A DNA stretch of 26,161 bases from a virus (lineage: Duplodnaviria > Caudoviricetes). A model generated the notes under the pieces. That model had not been told where the DNA came from. It worked only from the letters and a program-made list of their open reading frames with translations, and ran no database searches. The position numbers and the translations under genes were made by a program. Shown here one piece after another: positions 8,404 through 16,444 of the stretch (within the stretch, counting starts at the first letter, position 1; every line of letters starts with the position of its first letter). The stretch lies in IMG/VR virus record IMGVR_UViG_3300011435_000036, positions 1 to 26,161 of that record, one strand, 5' to 3'.

Positions 8404-8855
8404 AGATATTTACTAGAATCGTAATCGACTTGTTCACCGATGAGGTGACGTTCACCGAGAGTGAACAGTACGAAGGCCCACTAGCACTAGCTGCCGGTGG
8501 TAGACCTATGGGCACTACGCCCTCTCCAGCAGGCCAAGCTGTCAAAGATATGTGGCAGAAGGGTCAAGGCGACATGGCAGCACGCCTAATGTCTGTCTAC
8601 GCTAATAACGAGAATGACCCTTACCGTGATAAGGCAGTAGAGCGTATGACCGACAGCATCAATGCCCAGTATGGAGCTAGAGGGTTAGCTACTAGCGGGA
8701 TCGGTATGAAGGGGGTCTCTGAAGCTATTCAGAACTTCGATCTAGGCCGTGAAGAGCAGAAGACTAACCAGGGTATCCAGATATTACAAGCCGGCTCGGG
8801 AGGGGTTACGAATAAAGCTGAAACTACCCCGCGCGGCCTATTTGGTCTTAAGTAG
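8400..8855 (+). CDS. Internal virion/ejection protein with a putative N-terminal propeptide
   Basis: MKIFT...YEGPLALAAGG leader; YGARGLATSG motif; position immediately after GNAT. Confidence 0.65.
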   Translation: MKIFTRIVIDLFTDEVTFTESEQYEGPLALAAGGRPMGTTPSPAGQAVKDMWQKGQGDMAARLMSVYANNENDPYRDKAVERMTDSINAQYGARGLATSGIGMKGVSEAIQNFDLGREEQKTNQGIQILQAGSGGVTNKAETTPRGLFGLK

Positions 8856-8870
8856 AAGGGAATCACTAAT

Positions 8871-9605
8871 ATGCCTTGGTTTGCAGCATTAGGAGCAGCA
8901 GGCGGCGCTGGAGCAGCCGCAGGAGCGGGTGCCGCAGGAGCAGCGGGAGCTGGCGCGGCAGCAGCAGGAGCAGCGGGCGCTGCTGGGGCAGCAGGAGCGG
9001 CTGGTGCAGCGGGTGCTGCCGGGGCTGCTGGTGCAGCCGGAGCAGGCGCAGCCGGTCTAGGGGCCGCTGGAGCTGCTAGTGCGGCAGCACCTATCGCAGC
9101 CGGTACTGGTGCAGCTCTAGGTGGGGCTGGTACTGCTGGCGCTAGCCTAGCTGGCGGTAGTACAGGAGCAGCATTAGGGGGTGCAGGAGCAGCCGAAGGT
9201 ATCGGTGTAGGCTCTATGTTCGGTGCCCCACAAGCAGCTAGCGCAGCTCCTAGTATGGGCAGCAGCATGTTCAACTCCTTTATGAACACGATGGGCGGTA
9301 ACGCTCAGTCAGGCTCGCTACAGCAGTACATGAACGTCGCCAATAATACTTCTAACCTTATCAATGAGCTAGGCCCTAAAGGGTCGATAGCTAGGGGTGA
9401 TATTGGCGGCATGATGAACAGTGCTAATAGCATGACCAACTTCGGTAAGCCTAGCATGATGAACTCCCAGCAGGAGAGCAATATAACGGATTATCAGCGG
9501 GGATCAAGTGGCAACCCTAACATAGCCGTCACAAGCTCCCAGGAGTTTGCTAGATTGCCTAAAGAGATACAAGACGCTTTACTAGGAAAGATACTAGGAC
9601 GCTAA
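8871..9605 (+). CDS. Gly/Ala-rich internal virion (ejection/pilot-like) protein
   Basis: MPWFAALG start, long Gly-Ala tract, Met/Asn/Ser-rich tail; RBS AAGGGA. Confidence 0.65.
   Translation: MPWFAALGAAGGAGAAAGAGAAGAAGAGAAAAGAAGAAGAAGAAGAAGAAGAAGAAGAGAAGLGAAGAASAAAPIAAGTGAALGGAGTAGASLAGGSTGAALGGAGAAEGIGVGSMFGAPQAASAAPSMGSSMFNSFMNTMGGNAQSGSLQQYMNVANNTSNLINELGPKGSIARGDIGGMMNSANSMTNFGKPSMMNSQQESNITDYQRGSSGNPNIAVTSSQEFARLPKEIQDALLGKILGR
8892..9080 (+). repeat. (Gly-Ala-Ala)n coding tract with degenerate 9-nt periodicity
   Basis: GAAGAAGAAG... peptide encoded by varied synonymous codons. Confidence 0.85.
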
Positions 9606-9832
9606 TGCAAGGAATGAACTTACCACAGCCGCCTAGTACATCAGAAGGCGGTAGCGGAATCATGGGCGGGGGTAAGCCATCAGCCCCTCAGATGCCCGGA
9701 GGTGGGATGGTCCCTATAGGACCAATGGCTAGCAGCCCACAAGAGGCTAGTGCAGCTAGCGCCCTAAGCAGCGCACCACGTCCTATGCCTAGACCTAACG
9801 ACCCTATACGAGGAATACAGGGCATGAAATGA
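9605..9832 (+). CDS. Small Pro/Gly/Met-rich protein (putative internal virion)
   Basis: Coupled to both neighbours (TAATG, ATGA); low complexity. Confidence 0.55.
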   Translation: MQGMNLPQPPSTSEGGSGIMGGGKPSAPQMPGGGMVPIGPMASSPQEASAASALSSAPRPMPRPNDPIRGIQGMK

Positions 9833-10392
9833 GCGAGAAAGATACTAAGTCTTTATTCAACAGCATACTTGAGGCTCTTAGCTCGTCTGCTAAGTCACGC
9901 CCTGACATTATGCCAGCGGGTTCACCAACCGATGCCAGGCCCTATACCTACATGGGGCGTGTGTCCTACCAGCCTACTAGCGTAGCGGAGATCATGTCTA
10001 GGGCACCCCAGGGCGAGCTAGAAGGGGCTGGGCAGACCCTACAGCAACTAGCTCCCGGGCTAGCAGCAGCGGGCATGGCTAAGCAGTTTAAGCCTGGCTT
10101 GCCTGCTAAACATGCATCAGGAGTACAACAGCTAGCAGAACTAGCAGCCGCAAATTCCACACCAACTGTAGCCTTCGAGAAGATGTGGCCTGCTCTAGTA
10201 GATGCTAATACGGGCCAGATTATTCACGGTATGGCAGCTTCAGGAGCAGGTGGGCATAACCCCTTATACGATGTTGCGAAGGGCATGAAGGGCTTCGCCC
10301 CACAGAGAGCATTTGTAGACCCTACCACGTTCAAAGCTTACACAGAAGCCATGATGGAAGACATACTTCAAAAGAAGTATTTCGGGAGATAA
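9829..10392 (+). CDS. Putative internal virion protein with a small C-terminal globular domain
   Basis: Within the ejection gene cluster; ATGA coupling. Confidence 0.55.
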   Translation: MSEKDTKSLFNSILEALSSSAKSRPDIMPAGSPTDARPYTYMGRVSYQPTSVAEIMSRAPQGELEGAGQTLQQLAPGLAAAGMAKQFKPGLPAKHASGVQQLAELAAANSTPTVAFEKMWPALVDANTGQIIHGMAASGAGGHNPLYDVAKGMKGFAPQRAFVDPTTFKAYTEAMMEDILQKKYFGR

Positions 10393-10396
10393 CTAA

Positions 10397-11914
10397 GTGG
10401 CAGACATTCTCGATACAAGCAAGTCGATCTATGACATACTCGCAGAGAAGCGGGCTATGATCGAAACACAACGCCCAGATGTAGCTAGACAGCTACCCGT
10501 ACTAGGACAGGCTACTCCCGGTCAGCGTATGCAGGAGTCGGCTCAGAACCAGCCTCCGCAGGAGCTAGCCGATAGCCTACAAGCCATGATCGGAGCTGCT
10601 ACCCAGACAGTAGCAGGCCCCCAGGCTAAGCCTAAAGAACAGGCAGCCGTAGGCGCTGAGATCAACGATGTTCTAGGTTATCTCAACCCGCTTACGCCTA
10701 AGAGAACCTACGGCCCTAATATCGGTGGGGCTATGGGTATGGGTGAGAACGCTGGGGGTATTCTAGGCTTAGGTATCCAACCTATTGACCTTCTAGCCTT
10801 CACCATAGGCGCGGCCCTTACGTCCAACTTACCACAGGACAAGGCTATCGCTACTACCATGCAGTTAGCTGGGATGCCTAAAGCGTTCCGTGATAATCAA
10901 GAGAAGAGCGCGCGCGCCTTCGTAGACGACAAAATAAAGCAAGTTGGCTTGCAAATCAGCGGTGAGAACCTAGCCGAAAGGCAGATGGAGAACGCTCAGA
11001 AACAGTCTATCATAGAGCGGCGTAATGCCGTGCTTAAGATGGTGGGTGAACGCTTAGCGACAGGCAATCCTCTTAATGAGACAGAGCAGCGAGTAATCGG
11101 CGTGCTAGGTAGTGGCGTGGTAGACGCTGCTATGCTAAAGGAGCTTACTAGCCCCAGCATACAACAGAGCTGGGCTGCTTATCAGCAGCTTAAGGGGCTA
11201 GCTGGCGATACTAATGTGAACGCTACTTTCGATGGGCCAGGAGGCTCTAAGTTTACTATTGGCAGACCAGGGGGTAGTGCAGGCGTAGAGACAACTCTAC
11301 GAACTAGGGAGATATTAGCCGCAGCGCGCGAAGCTGGTACGCCCATGACTATCGCGGCTGCACACAAGCAGGCTTTAGATGAAGAAGTCCAGCTAGCAGG
11401 CGGTAAGGCTAAGGCAGTCTCCGAGAACACACCTCTGCCTGCTCCAGTGCAGGAACGCATAGTTAGGTATGACGACCTAGCTTCACAGTTGCAGACTTTG
11501 AAGGATAACTACCATCCTGATTTCGTTGGTCCTGTAGCCTACCGTAGCTACAATCTACGTAGACAGGGGCTAGTGCCCGGGGCAGCCATGCCTAGCGATA
11601 AGGAAGTTAAGTTCCATCAAGCGCAGGAATACTTGCAAGATATACGCTTGCGCGTACAGTCTGGAGCTGCTACGAGCGAACCTGAAGCAGGCCGGTTGCT
11701 CGGTACATTGCCCCAAGGAACAGACATGCCTGATGTTTACAACCCTGGTTTGACTAAGGCATGGGAAGACACGTCCAGAACGATAGGTAGGATTAAGAGG
11801 AACGCTATCACTCCCAAGAAGGAAGTAGGTACGTCTGGGGCTACCCCGTCTACACCAGCACCAGCGCCTACTCAAAAGAGTTTGCCCCCACCGCCTCAAG
11901 GATGGAAATACTAG
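10397..11914 (+). CDS. Internal virion/DNA ejection protein
   Basis: 505 aa, helical; hydrophobic Gly-rich segment; R.QSGAATSEPEAGRL...LP motif; ends in PPPPQGWKY. Confidence 0.7.
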   Translation: MADILDTSKSIYDILAEKRAMIETQRPDVARQLPVLGQATPGQRMQESAQNQPPQELADSLQAMIGAATQTVAGPQAKPKEQAAVGAEINDVLGYLNPLTPKRTYGPNIGGAMGMGENAGGILGLGIQPIDLLAFTIGAALTSNLPQDKAIATTMQLAGMPKAFRDNQEKSARAFVDDKIKQVGLQISGENLAERQMENAQKQSIIERRNAVLKMVGERLATGNPLNETEQRVIGVLGSGVVDAAMLKELTSPSIQQSWAAYQQLKGLAGDTNVNATFDGPGGSKFTIGRPGGSAGVETTLRTREILAAAREAGTPMTIAAAHKQALDEEVQLAGGKAKAVSENTPLPAPVQERIVRYDDLASQLQTLKDNYHPDFVGPVAYRSYNLRRQGLVPGAAMPSDKEVKFHQAQEYLQDIRLRVQSGAATSEPEAGRLLGTLPQGTDMPDVYNPGLTKAWEDTSRTIGRIKRNAITPKKEVGTSGATPSTPAPAPTQKSLPPPPQGWKY

Positions 11915-13327
11915 ATGGCTGAAGCTACAAATACCCCAATGGAAGGTAAGCTCGTCCACAACCCGAGCACTGGCGAAGTGGGCATGTGGGATGGGCAGAC
12001 CGTAACTCCACTACCAGGCAAGCTCGTTACTAACGAGAAGACAGGCAAGCAGGCGTTATGGGATGGTAAGGTACTTACCCCTATTAACATCAATATAGAC
12101 CCTAACCAGCCTACCGCTAAAGAAGACCAAGCCTTAATCGGTAAGATACCGCAGGGTACACCTACGCCCGCTGCTAAGCCTGAAAGCCTGATGGAGCAGA
12201 TGCTCCGTCTTGGTAGGATGGGAGCTGGTATTGCTCTCCCTGTAGCAGGCGGTATCGGTGGGGCTGCTCTAGGCGCTGCTAGCCCTATCCCAGGAGGGGC
12301 CTTAATGGGCGAGATGGCGGGCTCCGCTGGTGGTGAGTACCTAGCTCAGAAGCTAGGCGTAGCAGAGCCTAGTAATGCACAGATCGGCCTTGCAGCCGCT
12401 AGTCCTATAGGGGGCAGAGCACTAGGAGCACTCGGTCGTGCCTTACCTATCAGTAGAGCGGGCGCTGTTAAACAACTAACTAAGCTACTTCCTAGTGAGA
12501 CTAGCGCGGCTTTGTTCAAGAAAGCCGGTGCTAATGAGCTAGACCAGCAGGCGCTAGTCGGTCCTATACAAGCAGTTATTAACATGAGCCAGAAGCTAGG
12601 TAAGGAGTCACCGGCTACTTCTGTTATAGATGACGTATTCGACCAGCTTACGACTACTCCTAACATGTCGTTGAAAGGAGCAGAGAGCCTGAAAGACACC
12701 TTACAAGGGTATATCAATCACTACTCGCATCTAGGGGGACAGAATTACAACCCTACTGTAGCAGGCCAGCTAAAGGGTGTGCGTGCTGCCTTAATGGAGA
12801 GTATCGAGGCGGCTAATCCTGGGTACAAGGCAGCCATAGAGAGTTACGGGCGAGAGCAGAACGTCAAGCGTCTAGGGGCATTGATTAGCAAGTCTGCCGA
12901 CCCCGAGAAGGTTATTAAAGAGCTACGCTCTACACCAATATCTGACCTATCAGCTAAGAACAAGCTGATGATGAATAGCTTTGATGATGTAGAGCTAGAT
13001 CAAATACAGGACACGCTTGGTAGGCTAGCTAAGAAGGTATCACTACAGCAATGGGTGTCTAGCAGGCTGGCTGGTGCAGCTATGGGTGGTATGCTAGGCT
13101 ACCAGGGCGGAGGGTCAAGAGAGGCTATCGGAGCAGGTGTGCTAGCTGGTATGCTAGGCTACCCGATAGGGCGTAGAATGATTAACGAGATGGTGAAGAG
13201 CGGGACTATCAACAACCCGTCTGCTGTGTCTACCGCCGTGCAGCTTTTCCGCGCGTCTGTAGCCCGTCTACCAAAGTCTGCACAATCTCAGCAAGAGCCC
13301 CAATCAGAAGGCATGCAGCAAAGATAA
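11915..13327 (+). CDS. Internal virion/DNA ejection protein (membrane-spanning segments)
   Basis: Two Gly-rich hydrophobic regions; N-terminal 24-aa tandem repeat; last gene of the late arm. Confidence 0.7.
   Translation: MAEATNTPMEGKLVHNPSTGEVGMWDGQTVTPLPGKLVTNEKTGKQALWDGKVLTPININIDPNQPTAKEDQALIGKIPQGTPTPAAKPESLMEQMLRLGRMGAGIALPVAGGIGGAALGAASPIPGGALMGEMAGSAGGEYLAQKLGVAEPSNAQIGLAAASPIGGRALGALGRALPISRAGAVKQLTKLLPSETSAALFKKAGANELDQQALVGPIQAVINMSQKLGKESPATSVIDDVFDQLTTTPNMSLKGAESLKDTLQGYINHYSHLGGQNYNPTVAGQLKGVRAALMESIEAANPGYKAAIESYGREQNVKRLGALISKSADPEKVIKELRSTPISDLSAKNKLMMNSFDDVELDQIQDTLGRLAKKVSLQQWVSSRLAGAAMGGMLGYQGGGSREAIGAGVLAGMLGYPIGRRMINEMVKSGTINNPSAVSTAVQLFRASVARLPKSAQSQQEPQSEGMQQR
11942..12085 (+). 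repeat. Tandem 24-aa repeat (GKLVxNxxTGxxxxWDGxxxTP) x2
   Basis: EGKLVHNPSTGEVGMWDGQTVTPL / PGKLVTNEKTGKQALWDGKVLTPI. Confidence 0.85.
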
Positions 13328-13349
13328 TAACACCGGCAACAAAACCCAT
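13230..13349 (-). CDS. Uncalled 39-aa single-TM peptide antisense to the 3' end of the ejection gene
   Basis: GGGGG RBS-like run 5 nt before ATG; MGFVAGVIIFAACLLIGALAEIVQTLVDGLQTRGKAARR*. Confidence 0.5.
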   Translation of the reverse strand: MGFVAGVIIFAACLLIGALAEIVQTLVDGLQTRGKAARR

Positions 13350-13361
13350 ATAACCCCCGTA

Positions 13362-13407
13362 AAAGTGCCCACTACGGTAGAGCTATTTCTACCATAGTGG
13401 GCATTTT
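13362..13407. terminator. Probable bidirectional intrinsic terminator between the convergent arms
   Basis: AAAGTGCCCACTACGGTAGA-gctatt-TCTACCATAGTGGGCATTTT: 20-bp stem with 2 non-Watson-Crick positions, A-run and T-run at the ends. Confidence 0.8.
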
Positions 13408-13410
13408 AGT

Positions 13411-14112
13411 TTACTGAACCTTAATTGTCAACGCGCTAGGAGCCCCAGGAAGAGCAATGTCGAAGCGCACTGACGCGGCATTGATCTTGTAGCCAAGCGT
13501 AGCCAAATGTGAGAAGCGCAGCTTGTTCACACCGTCCACCAACCATGCCAGGGGAATGTCGTACTCAATAATGGCAACCACGTTTTGATTAGCAGACACG
13601 CCCGCAGAACCCCATAGCTGGATAGGCCCATTCGCATTGACGAACAGCTCGCCTTCATTAGGGTAATCAGGGTCGAACACGTCCAGCACCAGCGTAGCCT
13701 TAGTAGCGCCTACCGGCTTAGTCACGTTGATCGTGATAGCGCCATACTCGGGCATAGTAGTAGACTCCATCACTAGAGGCAGTACCGTGACCACGGTAGT
13801 AGGAATGTTCCCACAGCCTTCAGCCTTAGCCGATTCTCCCCCTGTATTAAAGGCACTGACCGCAAAGCAGACTTGAGCCCCTTCAACAGCGACGAGCGGA
13901 GGGGCAACGAACGTGACCGAATTAGCGCCTACTTGACCGATTTGCGTGAACGTCGCGTCAGCGTTCTTACGATAGAGCTTAAACCCTGTCTCATTGTTGG
14001 AGTTATCCGTCCAACTCAGCGTGAACGTAGCAGAGCGTGTCTGAGCGTCTGCTTGGCTGCCTAGTAGTAGAGCCAGCCCGACAGCAAACAGTAACCTTTT
14101 TATCATCATCAT
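13411..14112 (-). CDS. Secreted fibronectin type III domain protein with an additional jelly-roll-like domain
   Basis: AGGAGG RBS; Sec signal peptide (KR-hydrophobic-ADA); LSWTDNSNNETGFKLYR and FAVSAFNTGGES FN3 motifs. Confidence 0.8.
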   Translation of the reverse strand: MMMIKRLLFAVGLALLLGSQADAQTRSATFTLSWTDNSNNETGFKLYRKNADATFTQIGQVGANSVTFVAPPLVAVEGAQVCFAVSAFNTGGESAKAEGCGNIPTTVVTVLPLVMESTTMPEYGAITINVTKPVGATKATLVLDVFDPDYPNEGELFVNANGPIQLWGSAGVSANQNVVAIIEYDIPLAWLVDGVNKLRFSHLATLGYKINAASVRFDIALPGAPSALTIKVQ

Positions 14113-14156
14113 TCCTCCTGCTTATATAAGCCTAGCCCGTTTAGTTACCTAGCTTA

Positions 14157-14648
14157 TCACCCCCTATTTACCTCTGTATATCTATCTGGGCCATCTGGGA
14201 ACATCTTCTGCAAGTGCCCTACGATCCCTTGGAAGCTAGCTAGTAGCTTGTCCATATCAGCTTTAGGCGGCCTATCGTCTTTCAGTACGCCTGCTTCATG
14301 AGCATCAATAAGCACAGCAAGACAAGCAAGAGCATTAGCGAGGTGAGGAACGCGAGTAGCAGGGTCGGCCCATTCCCCATTGTACCACTTGTAAACATGA
14401 CGCAGAAGAGCAGCGACGTAGACACTAGCAAGAACCCCAGCAACTCTAAAATTGTAGCCTCCATACTTCAAGTCTCCTTCTGTCATAGCAAGGGCACCGT
14501 AAGCAACAGCGGTCATAGGAAAGAGAGTCAAGTCCAGCCTAGTAGTAGCAGCCCGGTCTTTAGGGTTAGTAGGCTTGAAATTGCCGGTGCTATCGCTAAC
14601 AGCAATCTCAGGTACAGCCTCTCGGATAAAGTTAGATATACTGCTCAT
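14157..14648 (-). CDS. DUF5664 (dATP/dGTP diphosphohydrolase N-terminal family) protein
   Basis: NPKD, L.L.P, G..KYG.YN.R, Y.AA..RH...W..GE..DP....PHLA.A.A, DDRP; start at ATG 14648 (RBS GGGAGAG, ATGA overlap). Confidence 0.85.
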   Translation of the reverse strand: MSSISNFIREAVPEIAVSDSTGNFKPTNPKDRAATTRLDLTLFPMTAVAYGALAMTEGDLKYGGYNFRVAGVLASVYVAALLRHVYKWYNGEWADPATRVPHLANALACLAVLIDAHEAGVLKDDRPPKADMDKLLASFQGIVGHLQKMFPDGPDRYTEVNRG

Positions 14649-15064
14649 GTTCTCTCCCTTAGATGCTTTGATAGCTCGTCGTAGCTTAAGCACACCCTAG
14701 TAGCGAAGCGGTACATAATATCATACCGTTCGGGCTCATGCGCCATGAGTATATACCCCGGCTTACCTTGGCCTATGGTGTAGCCTAGCTCTAGGTGGGC
14801 AGACTTACCAGCAGGGGTAAGCAGCACTACAGCGCGCGCTAGGTCGAGATGGTACTTATCGAAGTCGTAAACATCTTTAGCATGCTTGCCATCTAGTGCC
14901 TCTTGATAAGTACGCCCCCTAGACATTTCGTAAGCTTGCCATTCATCGTCAGCGTTCTTGCCTGGAGAGTACCAATCGTCAAAGACATCGAAGCCGTCTA
15001 GCCGTAACTGGTTAGCTATGATAGGAACTCTCGGGTTGCGTAGCGAGCCAATTAAGTATATCAA
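14645..15064 (-). CDS. Nucleoside 2-deoxyribosyltransferase / Rcl-like N-glycosidase fold protein
   Basis: IYLIGS, FD...L, GKSAHLELGY..GQGKP; TTG start at 15064 after GGAGG. Confidence 0.8.
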   Translation of the reverse strand: MIYLIGSLRNPRVPIIANQLRLDGFDVFDDWYSPGKNADDEWQAYEMSRGRTYQEALDGKHAKDVYDFDKYHLDLARAVVLLTPAGKSAHLELGYTIGQGKPGYILMAHEPERYDIMYRFATRVCLSYDELSKHLRERT

Positions 15065-15192
15065 ATTACCTCCAAGTATTTGAGTAGTGCTGTGAACGAG
15101 ACAGCGCACGCATAGATTATCACCGTTCTAGTTGGTAAAGCCTGACACCAGAAGATCGTAGCTAAGACGAATAGAAGCTCTCTAGCTACCAT
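15061..15192 (-). CDS. Uncalled 43-aa hydrophobic membrane peptide
   Basis: MVARELLFVLATIFWCQALPTRTVIIYACAVSFTALLKYLEVI*; GGAG RBS; fills the gap exactly and overlaps both neighbours. Confidence 0.6.
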   Translation of the reverse strand: MVARELLFVLATIFWCQALPTRTVIIYACAVSFTALLKYLEVI

Positions 15193-15958
15193 ACTTTCTC
15201 CGTAGGTAATCTAGGCTTACAGCCATTTCATCGAACTGCCCTTCGTTCACTTCATGGAAAACGTAGATGCCTCTCCAATGCCGGTTGCTGATAGGGTTAA
15301 GGTACTCTTCGTCATGCTGGTAGAAACTACCGGCAATCAAGGCCGTGATAGTCTTACCGTCTGCCCTTTGCCCGTAAGCAATATCCCGGCCCTGCTGGTG
15401 CCCAGCTACGCAGCTCATGTGAAACTTGCTAAGCAAGGCACTAGCTTTAGTAGCCGGTCGGCCCATGACGCCAGTAGGAAAGTAGTGGCAGTACATGATA
15501 CCGTCTATGTTAATAGGCTGTAGGAAGGGCACGTACTCCCAGCCCCAATCTTTATACATTACATCTTCTACGGATATGAGCCCCTCTAAGTGCGCAGGGT
15601 CAGCGTTGATCGCGCGTGTAATGCGTCCTTCACCATGATTCCCGCCTAGCATTACTAGACGGGGTTTATATTGGGCATGCTTATGGCTCTTGGCTATATG
15701 GTTATATCTTACCAAAGGCATCATAAGTAACGCCATGCCCCGCTGCCCAGCATCTAAGTCTTTCTTATACCGCCTGTTCTCGAAGTTCTTAGAGCCCTTC
15801 TTATCGTAATCAGATAAGCTAGGCATATCTTCCCAATCCCCTCCCATCACCACAACATCAGGCTTCTTATCTACGATATACTGCCCGCACCAGCTTAGAT
15901 GCTCTAGCGGTACGCCTTCACGTACTTGCGTGTCAGGAATGTAAAGGTGCTTAGCCAT
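15182..15958 (-). CDS. Calcineurin-like metallophosphoesterase
   Basis: IPDTQ, GGDWED, GGNHGE, YCH, AGHQQ motifs. Confidence 0.88.
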   Translation of the reverse strand: MAKHLYIPDTQVREGVPLEHLSWCGQYIVDKKPDVVVMGGDWEDMPSLSDYDKKGSKNFENRRYKKDLDAGQRGMALLMMPLVRYNHIAKSHKHAQYKPRLVMLGGNHGEGRITRAINADPAHLEGLISVEDVMYKDWGWEYVPFLQPINIDGIMYCHYFPTGVMGRPATKASALLSKFHMSCVAGHQQGRDIAYGQRADGKTITALIAGSFYQHDEEYLNPISNRHWRGIYVFHEVNEGQFDEMAVSLDYLRRKYGS

Positions 15959-16433
15959 GCAGTTCCTTTGTGTAATGGGCCAATAATAGAGCCTCTGCTC
16001 GGTTATGATGCTTCTTAAGCTTGAGGCTATCTGCTAGCATAGGGTAGAGCTTGATTGCTAATGCCCTGGACTCTTCTTTATTATTAGTAAGACCTAATGC
16101 CTTCTTCCATACGCGGGGCGATACTCTCTCGAAGTTAGGAGTTAGCGCCCAGCAGAAAGCTAGCCAAGCACCGTAACCTACGCCAGTCTGGAACGTACTA
16201 GACACCCCTTGACCGGGCATGGCTTGTTGCTGCTCTAGCGAGAGCATCACGTTATCATACGACAAGCAGTAATCTTTTAGCAGCTTATACATACCATGAT
16301 AGTCGTAGATTCTCTTACCTTTCTTATTCTTGTAAGTAGGTATGTCATATACGAAAGCCGCATCATACTTGTTAGTAACTACTCCGATAGCCCCTGTCAA
16401 CCCTGGGTCAATGCCTATATAAGCATGAAACAT
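15951..16433 (-). CDS. ruvC: RuvC-like Holliday junction resolvase
   Basis: IGIDPGLTGA, LE...MPGQGVSSTF..G.GYG, P..WKK, AEALLLA. Confidence 0.85.
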   Translation of the reverse strand: MFHAYIGIDPGLTGAIGVVTNKYDAAFVYDIPTYKNKKGKRIYDYHGMYKLLKDYCLSYDNVMLSLEQQQAMPGQGVSSTFQTGVGYGAWLAFCWALTPNFERVSPRVWKKALGLTNNKEESRALAIKLYPMLADSLKLKKHHNRAEALLLAHYTKELHG

Positions 16434-16444
16434 AAAAAGCTCTC

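Noticed and set aside
8729-9289. 186-aa Pro/Ala-rich minus-strand ORF and the 67-aa Ser/Arg/Cys ORF at 8876-9079
   Set aside because: Shadow frames of the Gly-Ala tract; against or redundant with the operon
4900-11917. TAG recoding or read-through (in-frame TAG-ATG junctions at 4902/4903 and 11914/11915, TAG-rich DNA)
   Set aside because: Conserved genes are intact under the standard code and TAG stops fall at domain boundaries followed by starts; no suppressor tRNA in the window
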